64,000 bases of DNA, taken from contig NC_086097.1 of the NCBI RefSeq assembly GCF_963921235.1, forward strand, positions 214,956,001 to 215,020,000, read 5' to 3'. The notes beneath the pieces were generated by a model. That model did not search any database. It saw nothing but the letters and a program-made list of their open reading frames with translations, and had not been told where the DNA came from. The stretch is from Mobula hypostoma. Lineage: Eukaryota. The translations under genes and the position numbers were made by a program. Positions 26,500 to 38,964 of the stretch are shown here, one piece after another (position 1 is the stretch's first letter; each line of letters begins with the position of its first letter).

Positions 26500-27600
26500 G
26501 ATTGTCTGGTTAGCAGGAAACAGATTTAAATAGACATAAATGGGCCTTTTCTGGTCGTCAGTGTGTAATATATACAACAGGATGCAGGGCTGGAGCTCTT
26601 CTTTTTACATAAAGGCCTTGAGGCTATGGTTACTAAATATGTTGATAGCACAACAACAGGAAAGCTATATGTCAGGAACACATACACGGTTTTAAAATGC
26701 ATATAGATAGGTATGAAGGAGTAAAGATCTGGCAAATGGAGTGTAATGTGTGAATAAGAGACATTATCCATTTTGGCAGGAAAAGTAATATATATTTAAA
26801 TTTATTTTTGAACGGTGAGATTGCATTGCAGAACTCTGAAGTGCGAGAAAAACTGGATATCCTTGTTCATGTTTCACAGAAGGCTAGTGTGCAGATACAA
26901 CAAATAATCATGAAAGCTGGCTTTTTTATGAGAGGAATTAAATACAAAAATGAGGAAGCTATGCTTAGACACGAGGAATTCTGCAGATGCTGGAAATTCA
27001 AGCAACGCACATCAAAGTTGCTAGTGAACGCAGCAGGCCAGGCAGCATCTCTAGGAAGAGGTACAGTCGACTTTTCGGGCCGAGACCCTAGGGTTCACCA
27101 GCAACTTTGATGTGTGAAGCTATGCTTAGGTTGTTGTTGAGATTTGATTTGGAGCATTGAGCTAATTTTTAAGGAAGAATGTTATTGCATGAATCAGCAC
27201 AGAGAACATTTAGCAGACAAATACCTGGAATGGGTAGATTGCCCCATGACCAATACCTCAACATGCTGACGTTTAGAAGAGAGATAAAGAAATTGATTGT
27301 CGCCCTGAAAGTTCTTGACAGGACGGGTGTGGAGAGGATATCTAATCTTATGAGGGAATCTAGACCAAGGAGGCACTGTGTTAATATAAGGGTTGCACTT
27401 CTATGATAGAGATGAGATGATTTTTTTTATTCTCAGAGAGTCTGGTATTTTTAGAATTATTTTTTAAGCAAATATAGATGAATTATTGATAAGCATGTAG
27501 GGAGAATATTTATGGTGCATAGATTGTAATGTGGTGTTAAGATAGAATAAATCAGCCACAATGCTATTCAGTGGCAGGACAAATTTTTGCTATGACTTTA
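26500..27600 (+). mobile_element. Highly degenerate CR1 RT/3' region containing a short Penelope-derived insertion
   Basis: Residual CR1 motifs; insert 26969-27115 is flanked by 14-bp TSD GAAGCTATGCTTAG (26955-26968 / 27116-27129). Confidence 0.6.
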
Positions 27601-28169
27601 TATGTTCACATTAACAAGTGGGACAAGCGAACTGGGGACAAGGCCTTTAAATCTATTGTGTCACTAAAAGACTCTAAGGTAGAGAATACTTAAATCACTG
27701 ATGGAAATGACATTAAAGAAAACTGAAGCACATCGACATCACAGATTCAGGACCTCTCCAGCTGGCCATGTAAATCTTATCACCGGCTGTCAGCAACAAT
27801 TACAAGAACACCCGATTCTATTTCTTCCAACAGCCTTGAGACCATTACCATGACATGCTGAACTCTTTGATCTCCTGTCTCTTATCAACCTCAACCAAGG
27901 CAATATTTCAGGACAAGGATGCTTCATCAAAACTCGAAAAGTGAGAGAGTAAGAGCTAGTTAAGATGAAGAGAGAAAGAGAGGAGGAGAGAACAGAGGGA
28001 ACATCTGTGCAAAGGTACACACCAAGAATATCATGGGAACAATTGCTTGGAAAAACTGACATAATAAATTGAAACAGGAAATGACAATTCTGACTGTGGG
28101 AAAGAAAAAGATATGGGGGCATTTCTTTTATGTTAGACTTTAAATATGTCCTGAGGATTGAGGATAGGT

Positions 28170-28498
28170 TGAGTCCTTAAGAGAATAGGCTGAGTGAACT
28201 TGGCCTTTTCTCTTTGGAGTGACGGAAAATGAGAGGTGATCTGATAGAGGTGTATAGGATGATGAGGGGCATTAATCGTATGGATAGCCAGAGGCTTTTT
28301 CCCAGGACTGAAATGGCTAACACAAGGGGGCATAGTTTTAAGGTGCTTGGAAATAGGTACCGAGGGGATGTCAGGGGTAAGTTTTTCACACAGAGAGTGG
28401 TGAGCGCGTGGAATGCACTACTGGCAGCGGCGGTGGAAGCAGATACAATAGGGTCTTCTAAGAGCATCTTAGACAGGTACATGAGCTTAGAAAAATAG
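28170..28498 (+). mobile_element. CR1 3' fragment whose tail continues, inverted, at 23292-23180
   Basis: RGDLIEVY...FFTQRVVSAWNAL; a 3'UTR like the 53265-53400 copy is found on the minus strand at 23180-23292. Confidence 0.8.
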
Positions 28499-28501
28499 TA
28501 G

Positions 28502-29077
28502 GGGAGGAGAAGATAGTGGCGTGACGCAGTGTGCGCAGCCGCTCCAAATTGATATTGTATTTGTTAAATAGGGGACGTGCACAATCCTGATTTGATGGAG
28601 ATGGACGTGAGAAGCACGAGGAACATCTGGAGAAACTTCTGAAATGCCTGCTTCACTGCCGCTGCTACTGTGCGATCGAGAATCTCCAGAGGGGAAGGCC
28701 CCAAATCCTTGGCTTTGCCTATTGCCTGTTACCAGGGCCGGGGTCGAAGCGCTCGGCAGAGATGGTGCTCGGTGCTCGGTGTTGGAGGGCTGGTCGGAGG
28801 TTCGGAGTTTTCAGATGGACTCAGAGTTGGACTGCGGTCGGGTGCTTCCAGGATGCTGCATCAGCAAGTTTGCGGCGCTGGAAGCTCATGGCAGGGAGAG
28901 ATGATGGGACTTTCGAAAGACTTTGAGACTTTTTTTTTTACTGTGCCCATGGTCTGTTCTTCATCAAATTACGGTATTGCTTTGCACTGTTGTAACTATA
29001 TGTTATAATTATGTGGTTTTTGTCAGTTTTTTTTTCGTCTTGGTTTGTCTTGTGTTTCTGTGATATCATTCTGGAGG
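28502..29077 (+). mobile_element. Non-coding short retroposon, 5' part (3' part inverted at ~23310-23396)
   Basis: Collinear with the uninverted minus-strand copy at 56690-57702. Confidence 0.75.
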
Positions 29078-30484
29078 TTGGAGATTATGGAATTGAAAAA
29101 CTTACTGATTTAATCAATGACATTTATGAGACTGGAATAATAGCAGAGGAGATGAAAAAATCAGTATTTATCACTCTTCCTAAGAAAGCTGGAGCAATAG
29201 AATGTGAATTGCATAGGACCATAAGTTTATTGAGTCATATCACCAAGATACTTCTAAGAATTTTGATGACAAGAGCTAAAAGTGAGGTACAAGCTGAAAT
29301 AGGTAATGTGGTTTTGTGAAAGACAAAGGTACAAGAAACACAATATTGATGTTAAGGACACTATCAGAACGAGCTATTCAAGTGCAAAAAGATTTGTTTG
29401 TTTTATTGACTACACAAAAGCATTTGATAAAATGAAGCACAATAAGTTATTTGAAATATTATAGAGAACTCTAGATCTAGATTCGCAAGACCTCTGCCTA
29501 ATCAGAAATCTGTACTAGGAACAAACTGCTGCTGTAAAAATAGATGGAGAAGTGAGTCAGTTTACGAAAATCAAGAGAGGCATTACACAAGGGTGTGTTT
29601 TCTCCTCTTATTTATTTAAAGTGTACAGTGAAACAATATTACAAAATATAAGAGACATCTTATTTATCAAAGTTGGCGGTGAAAACATCAATAATTTCAG
29701 ATAGGCAGATGACACTGTGTTAATTGCAAGTGCGGAGGAAGAACTACAAAACTTAATTGATATAGTTGTTGAAGGAAAGTGCAAAAATGGATCTGTCTAT
29801 CAATTGCAAAAAGACAGAATGTATGGTGATATCCAAAAAGAAGGAGAATCCTATCTGCAGGCTGAGAATAAACGGGGAAGACTTAAAACAAGTACAGAAC
29901 TTTTGCTACTTAGGAAGCTGGGTGACATCAGATGACAGGTGCGACATGGACATCAAAAGAAGAATAGGGATGGCAAAAGACACCTTTACGAAAATGAAGA
30001 GTATACTGACCAATACTAAACTAGGCATGACAACCTGCCTCAGAGTACTGAAATGTTACGTTTATCCAGTTATGTTATATGGCTCAGAATGTTGGACAAT
30101 ATCTAGTAACATGAGGAAACAAATTGAAGCAGCAGAGATGTGTTTTTTGAGGAGGATACAAAGAATATCGTGGATGAAATGATTATCTAACGAGGATGTC
30201 ATGAACAGAGCAAACACAAAAAGAGAAATAATGTATGAGATCATGAAACGGCAACATAACTTCTTTGGACATGTGATTAGAAAAAAGGAGTTAGAATGCA
30301 TGGTAATCATGGGAAAGATTGAAGGGAAGAAAGCAAGAGGAAGACAAAGACAAATGATGATGGAGACAGCAGCCAGAGAACTGGAAATGAATACCAATGA
30401 ATTGATCCACTTGACCCGAAACAGGAGTGTGTGGGCCATGGCAGTCAAAGCTCAAACTGGGCATGGCACCTGATGATGATGACG
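29078..30484 (+). mobile_element. RTE-clade LINE, 3' half (RT, C-terminus, (TGA)n tail)
   Basis: GIEKLTDLINDIYETG, FIDYTKAFD, QGCV.SP.LF, ADDTVL and YGSECWT motifs; (TGA)n tail followed by TSD ATTAAAGTGTG at 30485-30495. Confidence 0.92.
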
Positions 30485-31569
30485 ATTAAAGTGTGGTTAC
30501 TCTGAAATGTAGGAAAAGTAATAGCCAATTGATAAACAGAAGCTGTGCATAAAGTGCAATGTGGTAATAATGAAACAAATTGTTTTTAATCAGGGGTAGG
30601 TTGAGAGATAGACATAAACCAGCAAAGCCTACTCTTTGGAATAATACCAGGGAATTAGAACAATAATCTTGCAGCTCTTCCTCATATTGCACTGAAAGGT
30701 CAATCTAGCTTTTTGGGCTTGAATCTCTGATGTGGGACTAAAACCCACAATGTACCAATTCAGAAGCAAAAGTACTGTCAACAGAGCCATCTTTCACGCT
30801 TCCTAGTGGTCTTAGTGCAGATGTATTAGACAGACCAGACCACTGTAAGAGCTTTGGCAAGAAGGAATAGTAATAAGACACAGTGGGAGCATGATGCAGT
30901 GATGCCTAGGGAGTGGAGACTGATACAGCAAGTCGAACAGATCTTTAAATGTAGTGTCAGGATACATAGGCATCATTGGTTTCCTGAAGCCTTATCAATG
31001 GGGGACTTGCTGGTTATTGCACATCAGTTTTGATACAGCACAAGGGATGCCTGGTCTAAGTGTTAAGTTCCAAGAATGTGTTTTCTAAATGCTGGATACT
31101 GTATATTAGAATATAATACTACAGTAATTTGAAGAATTATTAAAATGCAGTTACTCCGAAAAGTGGGAAATGTAATAGCAAATTGGTAAATGGAAACTGT
31201 GCATAAAGGTGTCACCTTGATTTGTCTCCCTGCAGTACTTCAGCTGATTATAACGAAAGCTCAATTTTATCCATGCTTTTCTCCTAGTAGATTCTGTGTC
31301 TCTACATAATTAATAACTGGTAATTGGTTTATTATTAATAACAAGCATGGAAAGCTTCTTTTTTTGCATGCCATCCAAACAGATCATTCTATACAAAAGT
31401 GCTTGGTAAATGACAAAACAACAACAGAATGTAGAACACAGGTTTGAAGTTCTAGAGAAAGTGCATTGCTATGCAGATATGCAATTAAGCTGCAAGGGCC
31501 ATGACAAGGTAGACTGAGAATCAGAATCAAGTTTGTCCTCACTGACATTAGTGGTGAAATTACATTGCA

Positions 31570-32086
31570 CGTGAAACCCCGCCGGTTTCCTTGGCTGCGC
31601 AAGTCTAGGGAAGACACACTCTGGTCCCACCAAACTTGTGAGATTGTGACGCCCCTCCCATCCCAAACCCTGGTATGTGTTAATGCAGTGTAATCTGCAA
31701 CCCTGCTACAACTCGGTGCCAAGAAACAACACACTGCATACAATTAAAGGAATTATACTTATGAATCTTAACTAAAGGGTTAGCAAAGAAAAGAAAGAAA
31801 AAACAAAAAGGGCCCATTATAATTAAACAGTCAAATGTGCACCAGTTGAAGCTCAATTCACCAATCCTCAGTCGACCTCGCCATCTGGCTCCATCAAATC
31901 ACGATCTCCCCACAGGGTCGTATCCGATGACCAGTTCTCTCCAGTGTCTTCTCCCCTCATCTCATGCTGAACAGAAAGACCCAGCTCGCATTCCAAAGCA
32001 TCCATTATCTCTAACCATAAGCCAAACACTGCTTCTACAAAAAGACCATTACGTTAGCAGTGAAACCATTCCCAGGGTGTTACACA
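31570..32086 (-). mobile_element. Probable solo LTR
   Basis: Ends ...GTGTTACA(CA); shares blocks with 63070-63655 (ACTGCTAA.GTAATG) and with 48930-49400 (AAAAGGGCCCATTA); possible TGCA TSD. Confidence 0.5.
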
Positions 32087-35000
32087 TGCATAACAAATTA
32101 CTATAAGTTGCAATAAGTAAACAAACAAATAAAAAGTGCAAATGAGGAATAGCGAGGCAGTGCTCATGGGTTCATTGGCCATTCAGATATCTGATGGCAG
32201 ATGGGAGAACGCTGTTCCTAAAACGCTGAGTGTGCATCTTCAGCAAAAGTTCCATCTTTATCATACAAGAGGTCAATTCAGGAGACTTAGAACAACAGGA
32301 TTGAAGCTGCTTTAAGCCTGTTGGTATGAAACACAGCATTTTCTATTTTCTGCCCAATGGAAAGGGGGGAATAACTGGCATGGGAGGGGTCTTTGATTGT
32401 GTTGGCTGCTTTCTCGAGGCAGTGGGAATTATAGATAGGATCAGTGGAAGGGAGGTTTGTTCAAATGGCTGATAGACTGCAATTCACTGCAACTTCTTGG
32501 GGTCTTGAGTAGAGCAGCAAAGACTAAACTCTTGGTAAGATCCAGCAGTAAGTTGTGTAAGCCGTTCACGCTCAAACTTGTGCAAAGCATGATGCGTGGA
32601 ATGTTTCATTTTACAGTCAAGGTCCAATAATCTGCTTTTTAAATGCATTTAGGATTCTTTCCATAAGCCTAAATGTCTAATTACATCACAACAATGAAAT
32701 ATTTGGTCTTTAAATGGCAAAGAGAACAGCAACAGATTGGAACATTGAGGGATGTAGGATTGGTGATTAAGTTCAGTGAATTGATGGGGAAGGGTTGGAC
32801 CTGGGGTGATGGTGCATGTGTAAGGGGTTCAGGCATACACTGCCAGTGAAGCTGGAAGGTAGAACAAGCACCAAGGAAGATTCTTCTCGGAGTATCTGCC
32901 TACAGACAAAAGAAAACACAGATAGTAGTTTGAAGTCAATGTGATTTAAGCTGATAAAATACCTTAGATGCTGGGCATCTGAAATAAATCATCTGTGGAG
33001 AAAATATTAATATTAGTGTTTCAAGGTAAAAACTTGATGATAGGTCATCAACCTAAAATATTAATTCTTACTCTATCTGCTACTACTGCCTGGCCATTTC
33101 CAGCATTTTCTATTTTCACTTCTCTTACAACTACTGCAGAGTAGGTGTGTGCATTGATTATGCAATTGCACAACCTGAAAAAGGCAAATAACTATTTTCC
33201 TTGTTGACCTTGCAATGTAATGTAGGCTCCATGCACCCACTCACCACAGGTGATGCACAATTCAATCAGATATTTCAGTCAGTTTCCAGATACAATGTTC
33301 AGCTCCACCAAGGGATTTCAAATTTGATGGTTAATTAAAACCTCCTAGTTCCTATTGTCCCAAAATGGAGGTGCATTTGTGAATAATGGGCTAGAAAATC
33401 GTCACCTTAAATGTCTACATTATTAATCTACAGTCTTTTTTGGTAAATTCTCAAGATTTCAAGTAACCCACCAAAATGAGCTTTAATAGCTGCACTGTAC
33501 TGCCCTCTGGTGGTTGATCAATTATTGTGTCACTATTGGTAGGATTTAATTTAGATACAATGGAAAGTACTGGAAACAAGTTAGAGATGTCAACCTGACA
33601 CATTTATGTCTCTTTCAACATTTGCTTCTTAGTTTGCTCAGCACTTCCAGTAATACTTTTTGTTTTGCGTAACATTAGAAAATCCAAGGATAATAATCTG
33701 TGCTGCTATCTTGCTGCACTGAGAAGGTCATAGAGTCACAGAGAAGCACAGCACAGAAACAGGCCCTTTGTCCCATCCAGACCATGCCAAAACCATTTAA
33801 ACTGCCTACACCCATCGACCTGCACGGGGACCATAGTGCTCCATACTCCTACTATCCATGTACCTATCCAAACTTCTCTTTAATGTTGAAATCGAACTCA
33901 CATGCACCACTTGTGCTGGCAGCTCATTTCACACTCTCATGATCCTCTCAGTGAAGAAGATTCCCCTCATGTTCCCTTTAAACTTCTCACCTTTCACCCT
34001 TAACCCATCACCTCTGGTTGTAGTCCCAGCCAGCCTCAGTGGAAAAAGCCTGCCTGCATTTACCCTATCTATACCTCTCATAATTTTGTATACCTTTATC
34101 AGATCTTCTCTCAATCTTCTACGATCTAAAGAAAACAATCCTAACCTATTCAATCATTCCTTATAACTCAGGTCCTTCTGACCCAACAACATGTTTGTGA
34201 ATTTTCTCTGTACTCCTTCAACCTTGTTTACATCTGTTTTGTAATTGGTGACCAAAACCGCACCCAACACTCCACATTAGTCCTCACCAACATCCTATGC
34301 AACTTCAACATGACATCACATCTCCTGTACTCAATACTAATGTACCAAAAGCTTTCTTGACGATTGTATCTGCCTTTGACACCACTTTCAAATAATTATG
34401 GACCAGTATTCCCAGATCCCTTTGTTCTACCACACTCCTCAGTGCCCTACTGTTCACTGTGTAAAACTGCCCTGGTTGGTCCTACCGAAAGGCAAAGCCT
34501 TGCACTTGTCTGCATTAAATTCCATCTGCCATTTAAAATGGGCTAAATGTTTCAGCCCATTTTTTCTAAATGATGCAGATCCCTCTGCAAGCCATGATAG
34601 CCTTCCTCACTGTCCACTACACCCCCAATCTTGGTGTCATCTGCAATTTGCTCATCCAGTTAACCACGTTATCATCCAGATCATTGATATAGATGACAAA
34701 CAACAAAGGACCCTGCACCAATCCCTGCGGCACGGCACTAGTCACAGACCTCCAGTCAGAGAGGCAACCCTTTACTTCCACTTTCTGTGTTCTCCCACAA
34801 AGCCAATGTCTAATCCAATTTACTACCCCATCTTGAATGCCAAGTGACTGAACCTTCTTGACCAACCTCCCATGCGGGACTTCGTCAAAAGTCTTACTAA
34901 AATCCATGTGGACGACATCTGCTGCCTTGCCTTCATCCACCTTCCTGGTAACTTCCTTAAAAAATACTCTATATGATTGGCTAGACATGACCTTCCACGC

Positions 35001-36220
35001 ACAAAGCCATGTTGACTACCCCTAGTCAATCCATGTCTATCCAAATACACCCTTAAAATACCTTCCAGTATCTTTCCCACTAGTGACTTCAGACTCACCA
35101 GCCTATAATTTCCTGGTGCCTGTCTAGAATCTTTTTTGAACAGTGGAACAACATTGGTTATCCTGCAATATTTTGGTATCTCTCCTGTTGCTCAGGGTGT
35201 TTGAAATATTTCTGCTAGGGCACTTGCCTCCCGTAGGGTCTGAGGGAACACCTTGTCAGGCCATGGGGATTTATCCACCCTGATTTGTCTCAAGGTAGCA
35301 ATCACCTCCTCCTCTGTAATCTCTACAGGGTCCCTGAAGTTGATGCCACTCTGCATTACTTCTATATACTCTTTATCTGTCTCCTGAGTAAATACAGATG
35401 CAAAGAATTCATTTAAGATCTCTCGCATCTGTTTTGGCTCCATGCATGGATTATCATTTTGGTCTTCCAGAGGACCAATTTTGTCTCTTACAATCCTTTT
35501 GCTCTTAACATACCTGTAGAATCCCTTAGGATTCTCCTTCACCTTGTCTGCTAAAGCAACTTCATGCCCTCTTTTAGCTTTCCTGAATTCTTTCTTTAGT
35601 GTTCTCTTACATTTTGTATACTCCATAACCACCTCATTTGTTCTTACTTGCCTATACCTGCTATGCACCTGCTTTTTCTATTCATTAGGGCCTCACTATC
35701 TCTTGAAAACCATGCTTCCCTACACTTGTTATCTTTATATTTTTGTTCTAACAGGCACATGCAAGTTTTGTACTCTGAACATTTCATTTTTGAAGGCTCC
35801 CACTTTCCAAGTACTGTACATCTTTGCCAGAAAACAGCCTGTCCTAATCCACACTTACAGATCATCAAAATTGGCCTTTCTCCAACATAGACTATCAACC
35901 AGCGTACCAGACCTATCATTTTGCATATTTATTTTGAAACTAATGGCATTGTGGTCACTGGATGCAAAGTATACCCCGACACAAACTCCTGTCACCTGCC
36001 CTGATTCCCTAACAGCAGATCAGGCACACTGTCTCATTGGGAATTCTACGTATTGATGAATGAAACTTTCCGGAATGAATTTGGCAAACTCTATCCCATC
36101 TAGTCCTTCTACTGTATGGGATTCTTAGTCAATATATGGAAAGTTAAAATCACGTGCTATATCAACCTTATATTTCTTGCAACAGTCTGTGATCTCTCTA
36201 CACATTTGTTCCCTCTAAAT

Positions 36221-38964
36221 CAGAGGTCCCCAACCACTGGGCTGTGGACCGGTACTGGGCCGCAAGACATGTGCTACCGGGCCGTGAGGAAACGATACGA
36301 GTCAGCTGCACCTTTCCTCATTCCCTGTCACGCACTGTTGAACTTGAACATAGGGTTGCAAACTGTTCGTATTTGCCGGGACATCCTGTATATTGGGCTA
36401 AATTGGTTTGTCCCATACGGGACCGCCCTTGTCCTGTATTTCCCCCGCTAAGGTAGAGCGTTCCTATGAAACCTTTTGTGCCGAAATGGTGTGAAGCAAA
36501 GAAGCAATGACCATTAATTTATATGGGAAAAATTTTTCAGCATTCCCAGACCCAAAAAATAACCTAACAAATCATACCAAATGACACATAAAACCGAAAA
36601 TAAATAACACTAACATATAGTAAACATAGAAAATAGGTGCAGGAGTAGGCCATTCGGCCCTTCGAGCCTGCACCGCCATTTATTATGATCATGGCTGATC
36701 ATCCAACTCAGAACCCCGCCCCAGCCTTCCCTCCATACCCCCTGATCCCCATAGCCACAAGGGCCATATCTAACTCCCTCTTAAATATAGCCAATGAACT
36801 GGCCTCAACTGTTTCCTGTGGCAGAGAATTCCACAGATTCACCACTCTCTGTGTGAAGAAGTTTTTCCTAATCTCGGTCCTAAAAGGCTTCCCCCTTATC
36901 CTCAAACTGTGACCCCTCATTCTGGACTTCCCCAACATCGGGAACAATCTTCCTGAATCTAGCCTGTCCAATCCCTTTAGGATTTTATACGTTTCAATCA
37001 GATCCCCCCTCAATCTTCTAAATTCCAATGAGTACAAGCCCAGTTCATCCAGTCTTTCTTCATATGAAAGTCCTGCCATCCCAGGAATCAATCTGGTGAA
37101 CCTTCTTTGTACTCCCTCTATGGCAAGGATGTCTTTCCTCAGATTAGGGGACCAAAACTGCACACAATACTCCAGGTGTGGTCTCACCAAGGCCTTGTAC
37201 AACTGCAGTAGTACCTCCCTGCTCCTGTACTCGAATCCTCTCGCTATAAATGCCAGCATACCATTCGCCTTTTTCACCGCCTGCTGTACCTGCATGCCCA
37301 CTTTCAATGACTGGTGTATAATGACACCCAGGTCTCGTTGCACCTCCCCTTTTCCTAATCGGCCACCATTCAGATAATAATCTGTTTTCCTATTTTTGCC
37401 ACCAAAGTGGATAACTTCACATTTATCCACATTAAATTGCATCCGCCACGAATTTGCCCACTCACCCAACCTATCCAAGTCACTCTGCATCCTCTTAGCA
37501 TCCTCCTCACCGCTAACACTGCCGCCCAGCTTCGTGTCATCCGCAAACTTGGAGATGCTGCATTTAATTCCCTCATCCAAGTCACTAATATATATTGTAA
37601 ACAACTGGGGTCCCAGCACTGAGCCTTGCGGTACCCCACTAGTCACCGCCTGCCATTCTGAAAAGGTCCCGTTTATTCCCACTCTTTGCTTCCTGTCTGC
37701 TAACCAATTCTCCATCTACATCAATACCTTACCCCCAATACCGTGTGCTTTAAGTTTGCACACTAATCTCCTGTGTGGGACCTTGTCAAAAGCCTTTTGA
37801 AAATCCAAATATACCACATCCACTGGTTCTCCCCTATCCACTCTACTAGTTACATCCTCAAAAAATTCTATGAGATTCGTCAGACATGATTTTCCTTTCA
37901 CAAATCCATGCTGACTCTGTCCGATGATTTCACCGCTTTCCAAATGTGCTGTTATCACATCTTTGATAACTGACTCCAGCAGTTTCCCCACCACCGACAT
38001 TAGGCTAACCGGTCTATAATTCCCCGGTTTCTCTCTCCCTCCTTTTTTAAAAAGTGGGGTTACATTAGCCACCCTCCAATCCTCAGGAACTAGTCCAGAA
38101 TCTAACGAGTTTTGAAAAATTATCACTAATGCATCCACTATTTCTTGGGCTACTTCCTTAAGCACTCTGGGATGCAGACCATCTGGCCCTGGGGATTTAT
38201 CTGCCTTCAATCCCTTCAATTTACCTAACACCACTTCCCTACTAACATGTATTTCGCTCAGTTCCTCCATCTCACTGGACCCTCTGTCCCCTACTATTTC
38301 TGGAAGATTATTTATGTCCTCCTTAGTGAAGACAGAACCAAAGTAATTATTCAATTGGTCTGCCATGTCCTTGCTCCCCATAATCAATTCACCTGTTTCT
38401 GTCTGTAGGGGACCTACATTTGTCTTTACCAGTCTTTTCCTTTTTACATATCTATAAAAGCTTTTACAGTCAGTTTTTATGTTCCCTGCCAGTTTTCTCT
38501 CATAATCTTTTTTCTCCTTCCTAATTAAGCCCTTTGTCATCCTCTGCTGAACTCTGAATTTCTCCCAGTCCTCAGGTGAGCCACTTTCTCTGGCTAAAAG
38601 CAGGAATGATATGATAAATACACTGTTTATATAAAGTAGAAATAATGTATGTACAGTATAGTTGGGAAGATGAAGGCAAAACCGATTTGTGGGGGGGAAA
38701 TCGGCACGTATGCGCATGCGCACATAGGTGCCCGCACAAGGCTTCATGGTCATGGTAGTCTTTCCTGGGGTAAAGTGTCCCAGGATTTGACTGCTACTTT
38801 TGTCCTTTATTTGGGAGTGGGAAAGTTGGCAAGCCCAACTGTAAAAGACATGTTGAGGTGAGTTTAACCCTACTTGAAAAACTCCCCACCCACTATCGGC
38901 CGGTCCACAAAACTATTGTCAATATTAAACCGGTCCGCGGTGCAAAAAAGGGTGGGGACCCCTG
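36221..38964. mobile_element. hAT-type non-autonomous DNA transposon carrying nested elements
   Basis: Imperfect TIRs CAGAGGTCCCCAACC / GGGTGGGGACCCCTG and a perfect 8-bp TSD CTCTAAAT (36213-36220 / 38965-38972). Confidence 0.88.
36625..38594 (-). mobile_element. Young 5'-truncated CR1 (ORF2 RT region)
   Basis: One continuous frame ~38594-36708 broken only by TAG at 37718-37716; YLDFQKAFDKVPH, GVPQGSVLGP and KFADDTKLGG intact. Confidence 0.95.

Noticed and set aside
38595..38753. N-terminal part of the 345-aa ORF
   Set aside because: Chance read-in from the flanking DNA transposon upstream of the CR1 truncation point.
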